A stretch of DNA of 63,099 nucleotides, filler included, from Chiloscyllium plagiosum (GCF_004010195.1; 3 parts of one record of this genome joined end to end with filler, not necessarily neighbours in it); one strand, 5' to 3'; positions 1 through 14,045 are shown, counted from the first letter of the whole stretch. A program made the numbers and translations. Notes: a model not told the origin generated them from the sequence alone.

Positions 1-595
1 CAGACAGATATCCACAACCACCAATACACAGACACCCACATTCCCCACACACATGCACACCCATGCACACACACCGATGTACACAGACACACAGGCACGC
101 GCGCACACAGAACAAGGACACGCACTAACACACAGACACACAGAGATGCACAAGTCATGGAAACACGCACAGACGTACATACATACACACAGCTGCGCAC
201 ACACAGACATACAAACACATAGACACATACGCATGCGCACATCCTGTAAAATGCAATGTTTAGTGACTTAACCTTACAAATAATCTTACATGTAAGAAAA
301 GATTAAAAAGTCGTAAAACACACCAGCAGAGCATGACATTGTATCTCTTTCATGAAAAGAGCGAGAAACAGAGGTGGAGGGGAGGGAGGAAGGGAGGCTT
401 TGAACCCCATTCAATGATCCACCCCAAAACAAAACAGAGACGCAGACAGAGATAGAGATGCAGAGATAGAGATGCAAACATACATACACACACTAATGCA
501 GAACACACAGAGAGATAGATACACATAGATACACATATAGACACACGTAAATTGACACAGAAATATGCACAAACATACTTGGACATACAAACATA
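1..595. repeat. CA/GACA-rich low-complexity microsatellite region
   Basis: Runs of cacacac, acagacac and gagataga; the ORFs here (HTHT..., VCVS...) are typical microsatellite translations. Confidence 0.9.
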
Positions 596-619
596 TAGGG
601 TTTATACGAGGGTTTGAAA

Positions 620-795
620 ACAGACATATCAGCCCATCCAGTCAATTCTAACGATGATCTCAAACTAAACTAGTCCCACGTTACTGTGCTTGGACCATAT
701 TTTTCCAAACCTTCTCTTATTCTTGTACTTAATAAAACATCTTTTAAACATTGTAACTTTACCCACATCTATCACTTCCGAGGACGTTCATGCCA
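620..795 (-). mobile_element. CR1/HER1-like LINE 3' end fragment
   Basis: Reverse complement resembles the CR1 3' ends seen elsewhere in the window (gaagtgatagatgtgggtaaagttacaatgtttaaaagatg...ggtccaagc...gggactagttt). Confidence 0.7.
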
Positions 796-829
796 CACAC
801 GAACCAAATGATGTGTTATCACAATGCAC

Positions 830-2695
830 TTCATAGATCCTGATCAGGTCCACACAAGAACTCTGTGAGAAGCTTGTGAAGTGATTGCTGAAATCTTGAT
901 GAGATGTTCTTATCATCAATAGCCACAGGTGAGGTGCTGGAAGACAAGAGTCTGGCAAACGTGGTGCCATTATTAAACAAACTGGCAAGGAAAAGCCAGG
1001 GAACAAAAGACCAGTGAGCCTGACATCGGCGGTGGGCAAGTTGCTGGAGAGAATCCTAACGACAGGATTTACATGTATTTGGAAAGGCAAGGACTAATAA
1101 AGGGAAGTCAACATAGCTTTGTGCATGGGAGATCATGTCTGACGAACTGGATTACCTTTTCTTGAAGAAGTATGATCAGAGGAATAGATAGAGTAGACAG
1201 TCAGAAACTTTTTCCCCAGGTACAACAGTGTTACAAGGGGACATAAATTTAAGGTGAAGGGTGGAAGGTATAGGGGAGATGTCAGGGGTGGGTTCTTTAC
1301 CCAGAGAGTGGTGGGGGCATGGAATGCGCTGCCCGTGGGAGTGGTGGAGTCGGAATCATTGGCGACCTTTAAGCGGCATTTGGATAGGTACATGGATGGG
1401 TACTTAATCTAGGTTAGAAGTTCGGCACAACATCGTGGGCCGAAGGGCCTGTTCTGTGCTGTATTGTTCTATGTTCTATGTTAAGTAACAAAAAGCATTG
1501 ATGAAGGCAGAGCAACAGACGTGAGCTGTATTGACTTCAGTAAGGCATTAGACAAGGTTACCCATGAAAGATTGGTTAGCAAGGTGAGATCTCATGGAAT
1601 ACAAGGAGAACTAACCATTTGGATACAGAACTGGCTCATAGGTAGAAGACAGAGGGTTGTGGTGGAGGGTTTTTTCAGACTGGAGACCTGTGACCAGTGG
1701 TGTGCCAAAAAGATTGGTGCTAGTTCCACTGCTGTTGATCATTTACATAAATGATTTGGATGTAAGCACAGGAGGTATGGTTAACAAGTTCATATTTGAC
1801 ACCAGAATTGAAGGTGCAGTGGACAAAGAAAATGATTACCTCAGAGTAAAACAGGATCTTGATCAGATGGACCAATGGGCCGAGGAGTTGCAGATGGAGT
1901 TTAATTTAGATAAATGTGAAGTGCTGCATTTTGGAAAGGAAAATTAAGGCTTGGCTTATATATTAAATGTTAAGTCCCTGGGGAGTGTTGCTAAACAAAC
2001 AGACCTTAGAGTGCAGGTCCATAGTACTTTGAAAGTCGAGTCGCAGGTATATAGGATAGTGAAGATGGTGTTTGATATGCTTCTCGTTATTGAACAGTAC
2101 ATTGAATGTCGGTGTTGGAATGTCATATTGCGGCTGTGCAGGACATTGGATAGGCCAATATTGAATACTTCGTGCAATCACGGTCTTGCTTTTTGAGGAA
2201 GGATTTGTGAAACTTGAAAGCATTCGGAAAAGATTTGCAAAGATATTGCCAGGTTTGGATGTTTTGAGATTTATGAAGAGGCTGAATATGCGGGCAATTT
2301 TCCCTAGAGCATCAGCGGTTGAGAGTTAATCATAGAAGCTTATATACTCACAAGTGAAATGGATAGTGTCAATAGCCAAGGTCTTTTCCCCAGGGTAGCA
2401 CTTTCCAAAGTTAGTGGACATAGGTTGAATGTCAGAGGGGAAGGACTTAAAAGGGATCTAAGGGGCAACGTTTTCAAAGAGAGGGTGCTTTATATATAAT
2501 GACACGCCCGAGGAAGTTGTGGAGGCTGGAATAATTACAACATTTAAAAGGCACCAGGATGGACACATGAATAGGAAGTGTTTAGGGGAATGTGGGCCAA
2601 ATGTTGTCAAATGGAACTACATTAATATAAGACGTCTATTTGACAGGGTCGAGTTGAATAGAAGGGTCTGTTTCCATGCTGGACAGCTCTATGAA
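830..2695 (+). mobile_element. Degenerate CR1/HER1-like LINE, RT domain to 3' end, interrupted by a nested insertion at 1173-1482
   Basis: Broken RT motifs: PGNKRPVSLTSAVGKLLE, DFSKALDKVTHERL, SDWRPVTSGVP, IYINDLD, QMEFNLDKCEVLHFG; many stops and frameshifts. Confidence 0.9.
1173..1482 (+). mobile_element. Younger 5'-truncated CR1 3' fragment nested in an older CR1
   Basis: Ends in a (gttctat)n tail and is flanked by the direct repeat AAGTA at 1168-1172 and 1483-1487; removing it restores EEVTKSIDEGRA in the host RT. Confidence 0.85.
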
Positions 2696-2699
2696 ACTA

Positions 2700-3134
2700 C
2701 ATCTTCTGTAAAACTTTCTCCTGTCATCTTATAATTGCCCCCTTATCTTTAAATCCACCACCCTAATGAAATGACACGTGCCATTTCACAGTATCTATGC
2801 CCCTCATTGTTTTTTTCAACCTCTATGAGGTTGATAAGGTCTGAAACTTCTATGCTGCAGTGGAATAGGTCCCAGTCCATCGAGCCTGTCCTTATAACTT
2901 AAACACTCCATTCCCAGCAACAGCCTGGTAAATCTTTTCTGAACCCTCTCCAGAACTACACAGTACTCCAGGAGAGACCTTACGAATGTCCAGCACAGCC
3001 TGAAGATAATGTTTCAGCTCCTGGTCTCAAAGGTCAGAGCAATGAAGGCCTGCAAGCCAACCGTCTTCATAACTATCCCGCCTACACATGATGCAAACTT
3101 CAAAGAAATATGCCAGAACCCCTAGATCTCTCTG
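2700..3134 (-). mobile_element. CR1-like LINE fragment
   Basis: Minus-strand translation QRDLGVL...AGLHCSDL followed by CR1 3'-region sequence; truncated by the gap. Confidence 0.75.
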
Positions 3135-3634
3135 NNNNNNNNNNNNNNNNNNNNNNNNNNNNNNNNNNNNNNNNNNNNNNNNNNNNNNNNNNNNNNNNNN
3201 NNNNNNNNNNNNNNNNNNNNNNNNNNNNNNNNNNNNNNNNNNNNNNNNNNNNNNNNNNNNNNNNNNNNNNNNNNNNNNNNNNNNNNNNNNNNNNNNNNNN
3301 NNNNNNNNNNNNNNNNNNNNNNNNNNNNNNNNNNNNNNNNNNNNNNNNNNNNNNNNNNNNNNNNNNNNNNNNNNNNNNNNNNNNNNNNNNNNNNNNNNNN
3401 NNNNNNNNNNNNNNNNNNNNNNNNNNNNNNNNNNNNNNNNNNNNNNNNNNNNNNNNNNNNNNNNNNNNNNNNNNNNNNNNNNNNNNNNNNNNNNNNNNNN
3501 NNNNNNNNNNNNNNNNNNNNNNNNNNNNNNNNNNNNNNNNNNNNNNNNNNNNNNNNNNNNNNNNNNNNNNNNNNNNNNNNNNNNNNNNNNNNNNNNNNNN
3601 NNNNNNNNNNNNNNNNNNNNNNNNNNNNNNNNNN
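3135..3634. other. Assembly gap (500 N)
   Basis: N run. Confidence 1.
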
Positions 3635-4835
3635 AAAGTTGATTGCATTTTGTGAAGAGGTGACAAATAAGATTGGTGATGGCAGTGTAGGAGACGCTGC
3701 CATATAGATTCAGCAAGGCATTCGACAGGATTCCACATTGCAGACAAGTTAGTAAGGTTAGGTCATAAATAGATCCAAGATAAGCTAGCCAATTGACGAC
3801 AAAAAATAGAGTGAAGGTAGGTGGCAGAGGGTGGTATACGACTGCTTTTCAGACTGGAGGCCTATTACCAGTGATGTGCCACAAGGAGCTGTGCTGAATC
3901 CACTGCTTGTCATTATTTATATAAATGATTTGAATGTGAATATTTGCCTGCTTATTATGTTTACACATGACATTAAAATTGGAGGTGCAGTGGCCAGCAA
4001 GTTTTACCTCAGAGTACAATGAGACCTTGATCAGATAGGTCAATGGGTCAAGGAGTGACAGATGGAGTTAAATTTAGATTAATGTGAAGTATTGCATTTT
4101 GGGAAGGTAAAATAGGGCAGGACATATACAATTAACGGTGAGATCCTGGAGAACGTTGTTGAACAAAAGGGTGCAGGATCATAAATCCTTGAAAGTGAAG
4201 TTGCAGGTAGATATCATAGTGAAGGAGGGGTTTGGTATGCTTGCCTTTATTGATCAGTGCATTGACTATGGGAGTTGGGAGATTGTGTTGCGACTGGGCA
4301 GAATATTGGTGATGCCAGATTTAGAATACTGTGTTTAATTCACTTCGCTCGGTTACAGGTAGGATATTGTTAAACTTGAGAGGGTGCAGAAAAGATTTAC
4401 ATGGATATTGCCGGGCATGGAGGTATTAGGCTACAGGGAGATGCTGGACAGAAGGGGGCTTGTTTACTCTGGAGCATTGGAGGCTGAGTCGTGACATTAT
4501 AGAGGTTTATAAAATCATGTGGAACATGGATAATCTGAATAGCCAAGGTCTTTTTTCCCCATGTTCGGGGAGTCCAAATCTATAGGGCAAAGGCTTAAAG
4601 TGAGAGGAGAAAGGTAGTAAAGGGTCAATGTTTTCATGCAGGTTGTATAGTGTGTATGGAATGAGCTCTCAGACAAAGTGATGGAGGCTAGTACAGTTAC
4701 AACATTTAAATGACATCTGGATATGCATATTAATAGGAATGATTTAGAGGAATATGTGCCTAATGCTGTCAAATAGGACTAGATCAGATTGGGATGTCTG
4801 AGTTATGTGGACAGGTCTCCGTGCTGCAAGACACT
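3635..4835 (+). mobile_element. Degenerate CR1/HER1-like LINE, RT to 3' end
   Basis: FSDWRPITSDVPQGAVLNPLLVIIYINDL and LVMPDLEYCV motifs followed by a CR1 3' UTR. Confidence 0.9.
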
Positions 4836-6479
4836 GTAAGGGAGATGAGAAGAAATTCTAAAAGTACCATTTGAGTGGGACTTCTCTTCTCCAGAGGTAT
4901 GTGGTGACTCTTTGTTCACATTTATCCAAAGCTGAGTTAGTTAAATATTTGACAGAGAAGTGAGTCACAGATGATGGGATACAGGCAGGAAAGTGGGGCT
5001 GAGACCACAACCTGATCAGCCACAATTGTAGTGCCTGGTTGAGAAGGTTAATAGTGTCTAACGATCTAACCCTGCTCCTATTCTGATGTTACATTCAGAC
5101 CGTTGAACTGGCGAGACAGGTGCAGTTTGATGCCACTTACTGCTATAGCTCCCCTGACTCTCTGGAATAGAGAATTCCTGACATTCACACTACCCCTATT
5201 TGAAGAAATCACTGCCTGCTCCTACATGATGACCTATTCATATGAGCAATAGAGGTGAATACAAGGACTTAGCAAAGAGCGACTGGCCCTGAAATCAAGG
5301 CAGTATTTAACAAAAAGGGGCCTGAGCAAAATTGCACTTCATCAGAATCCATTGCAAACTCTCCAGTGTTTGGAAACATCCACAGCACAATGGAACATGT
5401 TTATCATCGGTGGGCATCAATCATCTCAGCTGTGGGACATCTCTGCAGGAAATCCTCAGATTAGCTACCTCAGCCCAGGCATCCCCAATTTGTCAGCAGG
5501 GAATCCCTGCTGTGAGGAAGTATGCCATTCATCCCATTGAGCCCACATCGATCAGAAGTGGGGATATTTACTGTGCGTTACACAATATTCAGAAAGCTTC
5601 ATCATCCTTGACCTCCTGATGCAGTCTGTGTCCATGTGCAACAAGACTGTGACAACGTTCAAGCCTGTGCTGTTAAACTGTCGATAACATTCATGAAACA
5701 GCACTGCACATTTCCACAGTAAACGGTGGAGTTCACTAAGTACCTCAATCTGGCTTCACAGGAATATGGGAAAGTCATTCGGCCCATCAAAACTACTGGA
5801 CATGAAGAGGGATAGCCCATTCAGTCCCCCCTGCCGTTACACAGGAAGACAAGGAGTCTGCTCACTCCCACACGTCAGTTACACGGGATCAGAAAGTGAC
5901 CATTTCACACCTGGAGTCGCTTACAAAGGAACAGGAAGAGGCCATTAAGCTTCTCAAGTCACCAACACAGGAACAGGAAAATGTCAGAGATGCTTCAGCA
6001 TAACAAACAAATAGAGCAGGAACTGCACGGATGGACTGTTCCATGGTATTCCTCGTGGCTTCATTATTCGTAGTGCATCCGGGTTATGTTAGCATGGTTT
6101 TCTGGCAGTGGGAATGAACCCTTTTTTTTAACGAGTCTCAAAGGCATCTTCCGTCGCTGAGAGAGCAGACCTATGTTATCTCTGGAATTCAGAAGCTGGT
6201 GGGGAATGGCTAACTGTTTCAGAATGAAGGTATTGTGGCTGCTGACAGGATTATGGACAACGTAACGTTGAGTGGAGGGTCACAAGGTAACTGTGCATTA
6301 CAGTGTTCAGAGTTCATTCGGAACCTGTACCCTCTCTGTTAATCGAAAGGAGGTCTATGCACTGGCACGTAAACTATTGGAAATCGAGCGTCCTGTGGAA
6401 AGTACGAAATTTCTCATCTTATCAATGGCTGCTTGGGACAAAATGAGTGTCCGTCCATAACCGTCAAGTTTCACCTTCG

Positions 6480-7620
6480 TATTCTCTCACAGTGCTACAG
6501 GTTAACCACATAGTTACCGCTCTCTCTCCTGATGATACCATCATGCTAGGGTTCAGTCTGGTGAAACTCCTTTGCACTGTCTCGGTGACGTGCCGATCAA
6601 TATTTATGAAGCAGATTCAGTCTGTATATAATACCCCAAATGCTCTTTCAACAAATCACTACCATTGAGTGAGATATATTTACTTTGGTACTTCAAGTAT
6701 TTTGCATGAAAGACCAGATATCATTTCCAGTTATAATTACTTACTGTCCCATCTGAATCCTGTTAGTGACTTATAACCAAGGACATCCAGGTCCATTTCA
6801 ACAACAGAACTTCCCAACCTCTCACCATTTAATAAACTTAAATGAGAATTATTACATTTTTTGTTCCCACCTGAATCATGTTATACCTTCCGAACAGCTA
6901 TGGCCCAAGCACTGATCCTTCTGATACCACACAAGCCTTCCACCCACAGAAAAACACTAATCTCTTCATTTTGCCCATTATCCAATTTGTGATCCATTCT
7001 GTGTGTTCCACCCTTACCTAACCATGGACTCTAACATTCCCCACCCACCAGTATTCAACCGTGTCAAACGTTTTCTGAAAATTCAAATCCTCTACTCCCA
7101 GTGGTTGTCAATTTTCGATGTCACAACGGACAATCACCACAAACTACAGCAGGTTTATCAAAGATCATTTCCCTTTCCTGAATCCAGGCTGCCTCTACCA
7201 AATCATATCATTATTTTCCAAGTGTCTAGTCGTCACATTCCTTATAAAGGGTTACAGTGTTTTTCTCACAGCTGCCATCAAGCTATTTAGTTTTCTGTTT
7301 GCCCTCTCCGTCCTGTTTTAAATGTTTAGGTTTACAATGGCTGTTTTACAGTCTGCTGGATCCTTTCCAGAATCTAGCCAGCTTTGACGAATAGTCACTA
7401 ATTCTTTCACTAGTTCTGTTGCCACCTCCTCAATACTCGGGGATGTAGCTCATCAGTTCCAGCAACATACTAATATTCAATTCGATTAGGTTTTCAAAGA
7501 CATAGTCTTCATTAATTCTAATTAAGTGCAGCCCCTCATTTTCACTCGGGACCCTGTTCCATAGTATTTCTGGGAGTTAGTTCCTGCACCTTCTTCTGTG
7601 GAGACAGAACCAATGTATTC
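6480..7620 (-). mobile_element. Old, highly decayed CR1-like LINE RT region
   Basis: Reverse complement retains CR1 RT-like blocks (cttctgtggagacaga, tttcctgaatcc...ggctg); similar decayed blocks at 14600-16100 and 22600-24800. Confidence 0.55.
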
Positions 7621-9551
7621 CTCTCAGCATGCAGGTGGCTTCTATCAGCTAGTAACATATCGGAGGACTACACTCCGGATATGTTACTCACTCCTGCCTG
7701 GAAAGTTCCAGACTCAATCCAATACACTTCATGGTGATGGATATGTCACCCACTCTTGCCTGGAAAGTTCCAGAATCAATCCAGTTCACTTCATAGTGAG
7801 TGTCAGCACAGTCCTGTCCCTGGTGTGAGTTTGAAGGAGGGGACACAACTCAGTGAGCAACTCATTTTTGAAAGACGCTAGTTTCACATTTTACACTTGG
7901 AATGGGTCCAGCTTAGACAAATATTCCTGGAAATTCCTGTTAGGACCATGCAGTGCCCTGCCCCTCCCTGTGTACAGAGCTTCCCTTCTGTGTAACCTCG
8001 ACTCCATTTGTTTACCATGGACCCAGAACACTCTAAATGCAGTGCTAATATCTCGTCCAGAGTGGGGTCACAATACCTTTGGGTCTCTCTGAATGGACAC
8101 AGCAGCTGGTAACACAAACCCGTGAAGAGCGTCCACAGAACATTCCTTTATCTGTAATGACAGCAGCAAGTCAAATTTTCTCACACATGATGGACTAATT
8201 CAGCGTTGAAAATGTTTCTGTTCTTAGCAGAAAAAAAAAGTTACATCTCTGCACAGCCCTACAGTTACAGTTCCCTTCTCCAAAAAAAAAACAGTTGACA
8301 ATGTGACATTCCGTTTCTTTGTATCTCAGCAACTATAAGGGCGGCACCAGGATTGCCAATGGAGTTAATCATCACTCAGAGAAGAAAGACAGAGGGGATA
8401 TAACTCAATTTAAACAGGGACACATCTAAATTCACATGATATTCGGGAATATGGGAAAAGGGGAAATTTTAGAATAAGCTCCCCCATGTTATTTTCCTTC
8501 TGGTTCATCATCAGCAGTTCATATGTTTGCTTTTCATTTCTCTCTCTCTCTCTCTCTCTTTCTCGCTGGGCATTTCTACATCCATTCAACTAACCTCCTC
8601 CTCACACATCTGGCCATCCCTGATATAAATAACATTACTTCCCAGTTGTGATATAGGATCACTAGATTCGAAACTTTATCTGTTTTTCTCCTGACAGAGG
8701 CTGCCATACTTGCTGAGATTCTCCAATATTTTCAGACGCTGTGGAATTTTATTTCAGATCTCCATCCACAGTTCATTGGTTTATTTCACATTTAATTCTG
8801 TTGTTTCACGAGATGCCAGCATCACTGGCAAGGGCAGCATTTGACATCCATCACTAATTGCCATTGACTGCGAGACCATTTGTCAAAACAATATGGAGCC
8901 AACCTTTGTTTGTCACACTTGGTTTCTTTACCAAAGGCTATAAGTGAAATAATAAAAGAAATCCTGATGGATTATGGTTGCCGTGTGTAAAATCAGGTTT
9001 CTTTCCGATTGTTGCCATTTGAAGTTGAGTTCTATCATTGGTTCTGGTAGATTTTGAAACAATGCCTTTAGAATCATAACACGGCCAGTGACATTATTAC
9101 TCTGATATGAGGTCCCTATTATGAAATAACTGGAGAGATAAGTACAAGTTCGTAGTGAAAATATTTGTAATTGGAAGAGTGGTCAGAAAAGAACTGGAGC
9201 CGTAAAATCTGAAGTTAACAAGGGGGCAGATGATGGCTTATTCTGCAACAGCACTGAGGCAGAGCTGGAGACTGGGGATATTATAGTGGTGGGTGTAGGC
9301 AGGGTTGATAACGGAGAGAATATAGAGACATAAAACAGTTCAGAGCAAAAGGAAAACTCAAGGGTCTGAACAGTCTTGTTCCATCTTAGATGTTTATGAG
9401 TGAGGATTCGGAAATTGATAGAAATGAAGTGGAATTTGTGACTGAAAGTGAAGATAACAGGTTATGTATTTGTTAAATATAAATAACAGAAATAGCAACA
9501 ACCTTCACCATCGTTAATAGATAGAGATAGACTTGACAGAGATAGACTTGC

Positions 9552-9683
9552 CAGCAACACCAATAATAGTGAGGATAGGATAGTAACCTGCCTGAATAAT
9601 CATCAGTAGGCACGTATCCTCAACTCTAACCATGCCCAATCCTGAGAAAGCAAGTATAGACCCAAGGACAAACTACTGTCCAT
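9552..9683 (-). pseudogene. GPR139/GPR142-like GPCR first coding exon, frameshifted copy
   Basis: Reads MDSSLSLGLYLLSQDWAWLELRIRA, then a 1-nt deletion relative to the 31875-32049 copy, then LMIIQAGYYPILTIIGVA; donor G|GCAAGT (GC type). An in-frame ATG (MIIQAGYYP...) remains after the frameshift. Confidence 0.75.
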
Positions 9684-10053
9684 TGTTGGATCATTCCAGT
9701 CTGTTGCTCTAAGATTCTCTTCCTCTCCCTCTCCCTGTAGCTGCTGAGCCCAATCATCTTGAGGATGACGCTGCCGCTTATACTATGGAGTAACAGGTTG
9801 AAGGAAGCCCCTAAATAATAGAAGAGGGAAACCCTCCAATGACGCAGTTAGTATCCATGGAGACTGACCTTAATCACAGTCAATGTACGAACAGTTCCTT
9901 TCACTTACAATCCTGATAAGTCACAATAATACTTGGTCTGGTTGGGATGTTGACATCGCTGACTATTGGGCTAATAGCATCATCTCCAATTGTAAAGTTA
10001 GAGGTGAGACAGAGAGATGATGCTTTCTATTCACTAGCTCGATGATCCTACTG

Positions 10054-10732
10054 TGTTTTGGCAGGGTCGGAATTAGGTTCCCAAGGCCAGCTGTGTCTGA
10101 TAACCAGGCCTGCTTCATCCTTTCGTTTTATTTATTTATGTTTAAATTTGGCATTTATCTTACCATCATATAACGGCCAAGGTGGGGTTAGGCATTTTTG
10201 AGAGGCTCCTACAGTGCCATAAACATTGTAGATACAGTCCATTCCTTGTGGCCCATGCAACTGCGGCCTGGTCCTGTGGAGTGACGGTCAAGCTGTCACA
10301 GAACCAGGATTCTTAGTTTTACCTTTCGCCAGTTATTACTGGGGTCTCAGCAGGATTGGAAGGCTGGAAATCTCTCCCAGCTGCTACACTCTCTCTGAGA
10401 TTTCTCTCAGAATTGTCTTTTTGATGTTCTTTCCTCCTGGATTGGAGAACTGCATGTGAGACAATCTGTTTCCTGAATTTGTTCTTTGACAAATGTGTGT
10501 TTATAGGATGTTACCATATTGGAACAGTTATTGTTTAGTAGTTAAACAATCTATTACTCTGATGTTTTGTGTTTTGTCGACAGTGTTTGAATGAATTGTG
10601 TTTTGCTTAATGTCGAATGTTTTGACCAAGCGAATTGTATCTGAAACACAGCACCTCACATTTATCTTTAAAATAAGAAAATGTTCTGGTCAAATCATAT
10701 ATTTTGAGATGTGTCTGCTCAGTTCCATAACA
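10054..10732 (+). mobile_element. Probable solo LTR
   Basis: TG...CA ends with imperfect inverted termini (tgttttgg / ccataaca), about 680 bp, AT-rich 3' part; no target-site duplication found. Confidence 0.4.
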
Positions 10733-13009
10733 AAAGGGACAGATATTCATATTTTATTTGGCTAATTATTTAATGAAGAACATGTTGCAGAAACACAGGA
10801 TTTGACAGCGGAATGAGCCATGCTGGAGGAGTGATAGCTCTATCAGGAATTATATCGCATAGTTAATCCACCTCACAGATCCAGTCCAGACCATATAATC
10901 CCAGATGAGATATCTGCTTAACATGGAGCACTGTGCAGACCAGGTTCAGTACAACCCAGCAATCAGTCGAGGATGGAATATAGCACAGGTCTCTACAGTC
11001 CACTAGCTATCTGTCCAACACGTGGAGTAGTACAGTACACCCCAATGCATTGATTCAGAAACACTGACGAAACGGTCTGTCCAGCATGGGGTGATATGCA
11101 GCCCACACCAGTGTCTTGCTCTATAAACGTGGACAAGGCATCTGTATAGTCTGGGGAACTGTGCAGTGTTTGGGTCTGTAAACCTGGAGCAGTTACCGTC
11201 AAAGCAGCTGCTTTCACCACTCCAGTACATTGCTCAGTAACACTGCCCATAGTGAGGAAACTTGCAGCCCATGCTGGAAGTGACAGGATGTGCACCTGCC
11301 ATTCATTTGCAGCCCCAGGGGTCCATGACAAGGGGATGCTGTGGGTGTGAACGTCACTGCCAGAGAGAGATGGTGGGGAAATCAGTTTAAATATCAATAA
11401 ACAAAATAATTTTGGGGTAAAAGGGAAAGGGAGATTGAGAGACAATTTCATGGAAGATCACAGGTTTCAGAATGCTGAAATGAAGATATTTTGACAGCAG
11501 CCGGCAACGTGAGCCAATGTTTCCAGGAATGATGGGTGAATGGGATATTGGTGTGAGTTCGGATGATGGGGAGTTTTGGGTGAGCATTTGTTCTTAAGCT
11601 TTGTAACTGGGAGTGGGGAGTCAGCAGATTCTTCAACTCACTGGGCAAAAACTAACAATAAATTATATCAGTGCCATTTTCATTGAGTGTGACTGAGTGA
11701 TTATCTGACAAGGCTGAGTTAGTTTCCTGCTGCTATCTTATCGAACTCACCTCATTAACTATCTACCCCACCCCACAGTGTATCTATCATTCAATGCCAG
11801 CCTAATTCTCCCACCCTTCATGGCTGGAGGTAAACACCATCGCTTGGATGCCCCATGGATATTCTGTGATCCCTGGCACTGGTACCATCTTTAAAAGGCC
11901 AATTGGCAAACAGTTAACCTTTCTCACTTTGGAGCTGCCCAGCACAGTGGTGGCAGCTCACCATTCAGCTCAGTGCAGGATCTGCGGTCTGAAGAAATGT
12001 CCAGCAATACAGGATAGGCATCAATAACCTTCCCCATTCTGCCAGGATAAGGGTCAGCATCTTCTCTCTGCTCCCGCACACTCATTGAAATCTGTTATAG
12101 CATCGACCCCCGAACAAGGCTCATGCTCCACCATTCTCACTGCTGCACGCAGCACCTTCTCTCTCACTCACCATTTTACCCCCACACTATAAACACTGTA
12201 TATCTGTTATAGCACCTACCCGAAGAAGGCTCACGTTCCATACTCTCACTGCTGCACGCAGTGCCTTTCCTCTTTCTCTCTTTCTTTCTCGCCTTTCCAA
12301 TACCCTCACATAGTGATAGAATATTCTGGAGAATGCCGATTATGGGATGTTCCAGAAAATGTTCCAAGTAATTTCCGTTTTCAGAAAATTGTCAATGTAT
12401 CAGTATGTAACATTTAAAGGGAAGGAGCAGAGATGTATGTTATTCAAATCACATACAATTATAATCCATCACGAGGCCAATCAACTCTTCAAATGTGCTC
12501 TAGCATATAATGAGATTGCGGATTATTTGATGGTTTTCTCAGCTCCATGTTACAGGAACTTTCAGTTATTCAACCCCCCGGGTTCCTGTCACTGACCAGA
12601 CAACACCCAGGCACTTTTACCCCGGTTTTCTTCAAGCGCCTGTCCGAGGGCATTTCCCACACGGACGGACACTCCAAACAACATGTTCCATCAGTTGTAT
12701 TCATTTATATAATGATAAGCTCATTTTACACAGACTGACCAAAATCTACATTCATTTTATGGTTATCGGTAAGCAATAACAATTCTGGCTATTCTGGCTA
12801 TTTCACTTGTCTCACCTTATTTTATTCAGCTAAAGAGAGCTTCGAAACACTTATCTCGTGAGAAAATACAATTTCTAGCCGAGAACATTTTTATCCTCAG
12901 CCGTTATCTTGACCGTTATCTGATTTGGACCTTTTTCCCTTGTTATGAAAGTTTCTATCGTCTTTTGCCTGTGGCTGTTTCTGTCTATAACAGTTACACA
13001 GTCTGCCAC

Positions 13010-13230
13010 TCATTTGGTTGGATGGCTGGTTTGTGATGCAGAGGGAGGCCACCAGCGCAGTTTCAATTCCGCACACTGACAGAGGTTACCATGAAGAGGA
13101 CGCTCTCCCAACCTCACCTCAACACCTTAGGTGTGCTGACCCTCAGGTTAAACCACCACAAGTTGTCTCTCTCTCTCTCTCTCATGACAGAGCAGCCCCA
13201 TGATCCTTTGGAACTATATTCTATCACTTT
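13010..13230 (+). mobile_element. tRNA-derived SINE, decayed
   Basis: tRNA-like head (ggttggatggctgg...ttcaattcc) followed by a gaccctcaggttaaaccacc body and ctct tract. Confidence 0.5.
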
Positions 13231-13719
13231 TACATTTGTTTTATTTATCTACCTTACCATTTGTTTTGCATTATGTTCCTGGGTGTTTTGGATCAGTGTC
13301 ATTTTGTACTACTGCCAGCATTTTGCCCAAGCTGCACAGTCCTGCCCAATAATCCTTGACTCAATTGTTATCGACGAACCTTCTATCTGTGCCTCAAAAA
13401 TATTCACTATCTCTGCATCCAATGCTCTGCGAGAAGAGATTTCCAAAGTCTCACAACACTGAGAAAATAATAAATAACCTCATCTGCGGTGCGAAGTTGT
13501 TATTTTGTCTCCTTACCTGAGAAAAGATATCATTACATTGGAAGCAGTTCAGAGATGTTTCACTTCACGTATTCCAGAAATGAAGGGCTTATATTATGGA
13601 AGCTTTAATAGATTATTCTTGGAATGAGAGGTGATCTTATTGAAATATGCAAGACCTTAAGGAGTATGGATCAGATAGATAACCACTGGGTGTTTGTCTA
13701 GTCCAAACTTGTCATTGTC

Positions 13720-14045
13720 ATAGAACATATACAGTGTGGAAGCAGGACATTCTGTCCATTGAGTCCACACTGGCCCACTGAACGGCATGCCACCGAGACC
13801 TACCCCTCTACCTTAACCATGTAATCCTGCATTTTCCATGACTAAACCACCTAACCTATCCCTGAACACAATGGGCAATTGAGCATGGCCAATTAACTCT
13901 AACCTGCACATCTTTGGACTGTGGGAGGAAACTGGATCACCGGGAGGAAACACCCACAGATGCGGGGAGAATTGAAGGTTGCAATTGAACCCAGCTCCTT
14001 GAAGATGTGAGGCAGCAGTGCTCACCACAGATCCACCATGCTGCT
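13720..14045 (-). mobile_element. HE1-type V-SINE
   Basis: Contains ggccaattaactctaacctgcacatctttggactgtgggaggaaac and a tRNA head (gaggcagcagtgctcaccac...ccaccatg); tail resembles the CR1/HER1 3' end. Confidence 0.85.

Larger units (their letters stand above)
4840..9900. repeat. Segmental-duplication module copy (GPCR exon-1 module)
   Basis: 4840-5100 matches 48040-48300; 5150-6340 matches 50480-51995 and 58000-59090; 9240-9900 matches 60200-60830 and 31690-32270. Confidence 0.8.

Noticed and set aside
3027..3747. Long ORFs spanning N runs (also 25869-26639)
   Set aside because: Artefacts of translating gaps.
7677..7800. 62-bp two-copy tandem repeat (similar ~112-bp pair at 12090-12270)
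   Set aside because: Ordinary diverged local duplications with no further signal.
11003..11357. Possible GPCR second exon (DRFVSV motif, acceptor near 11358)
   Set aside because: No TM2/TM3 pattern, the phase-1 reading stops after about 47 codons, DRFVSV lies in a repeated CWTD unit, and the segment is far too short.
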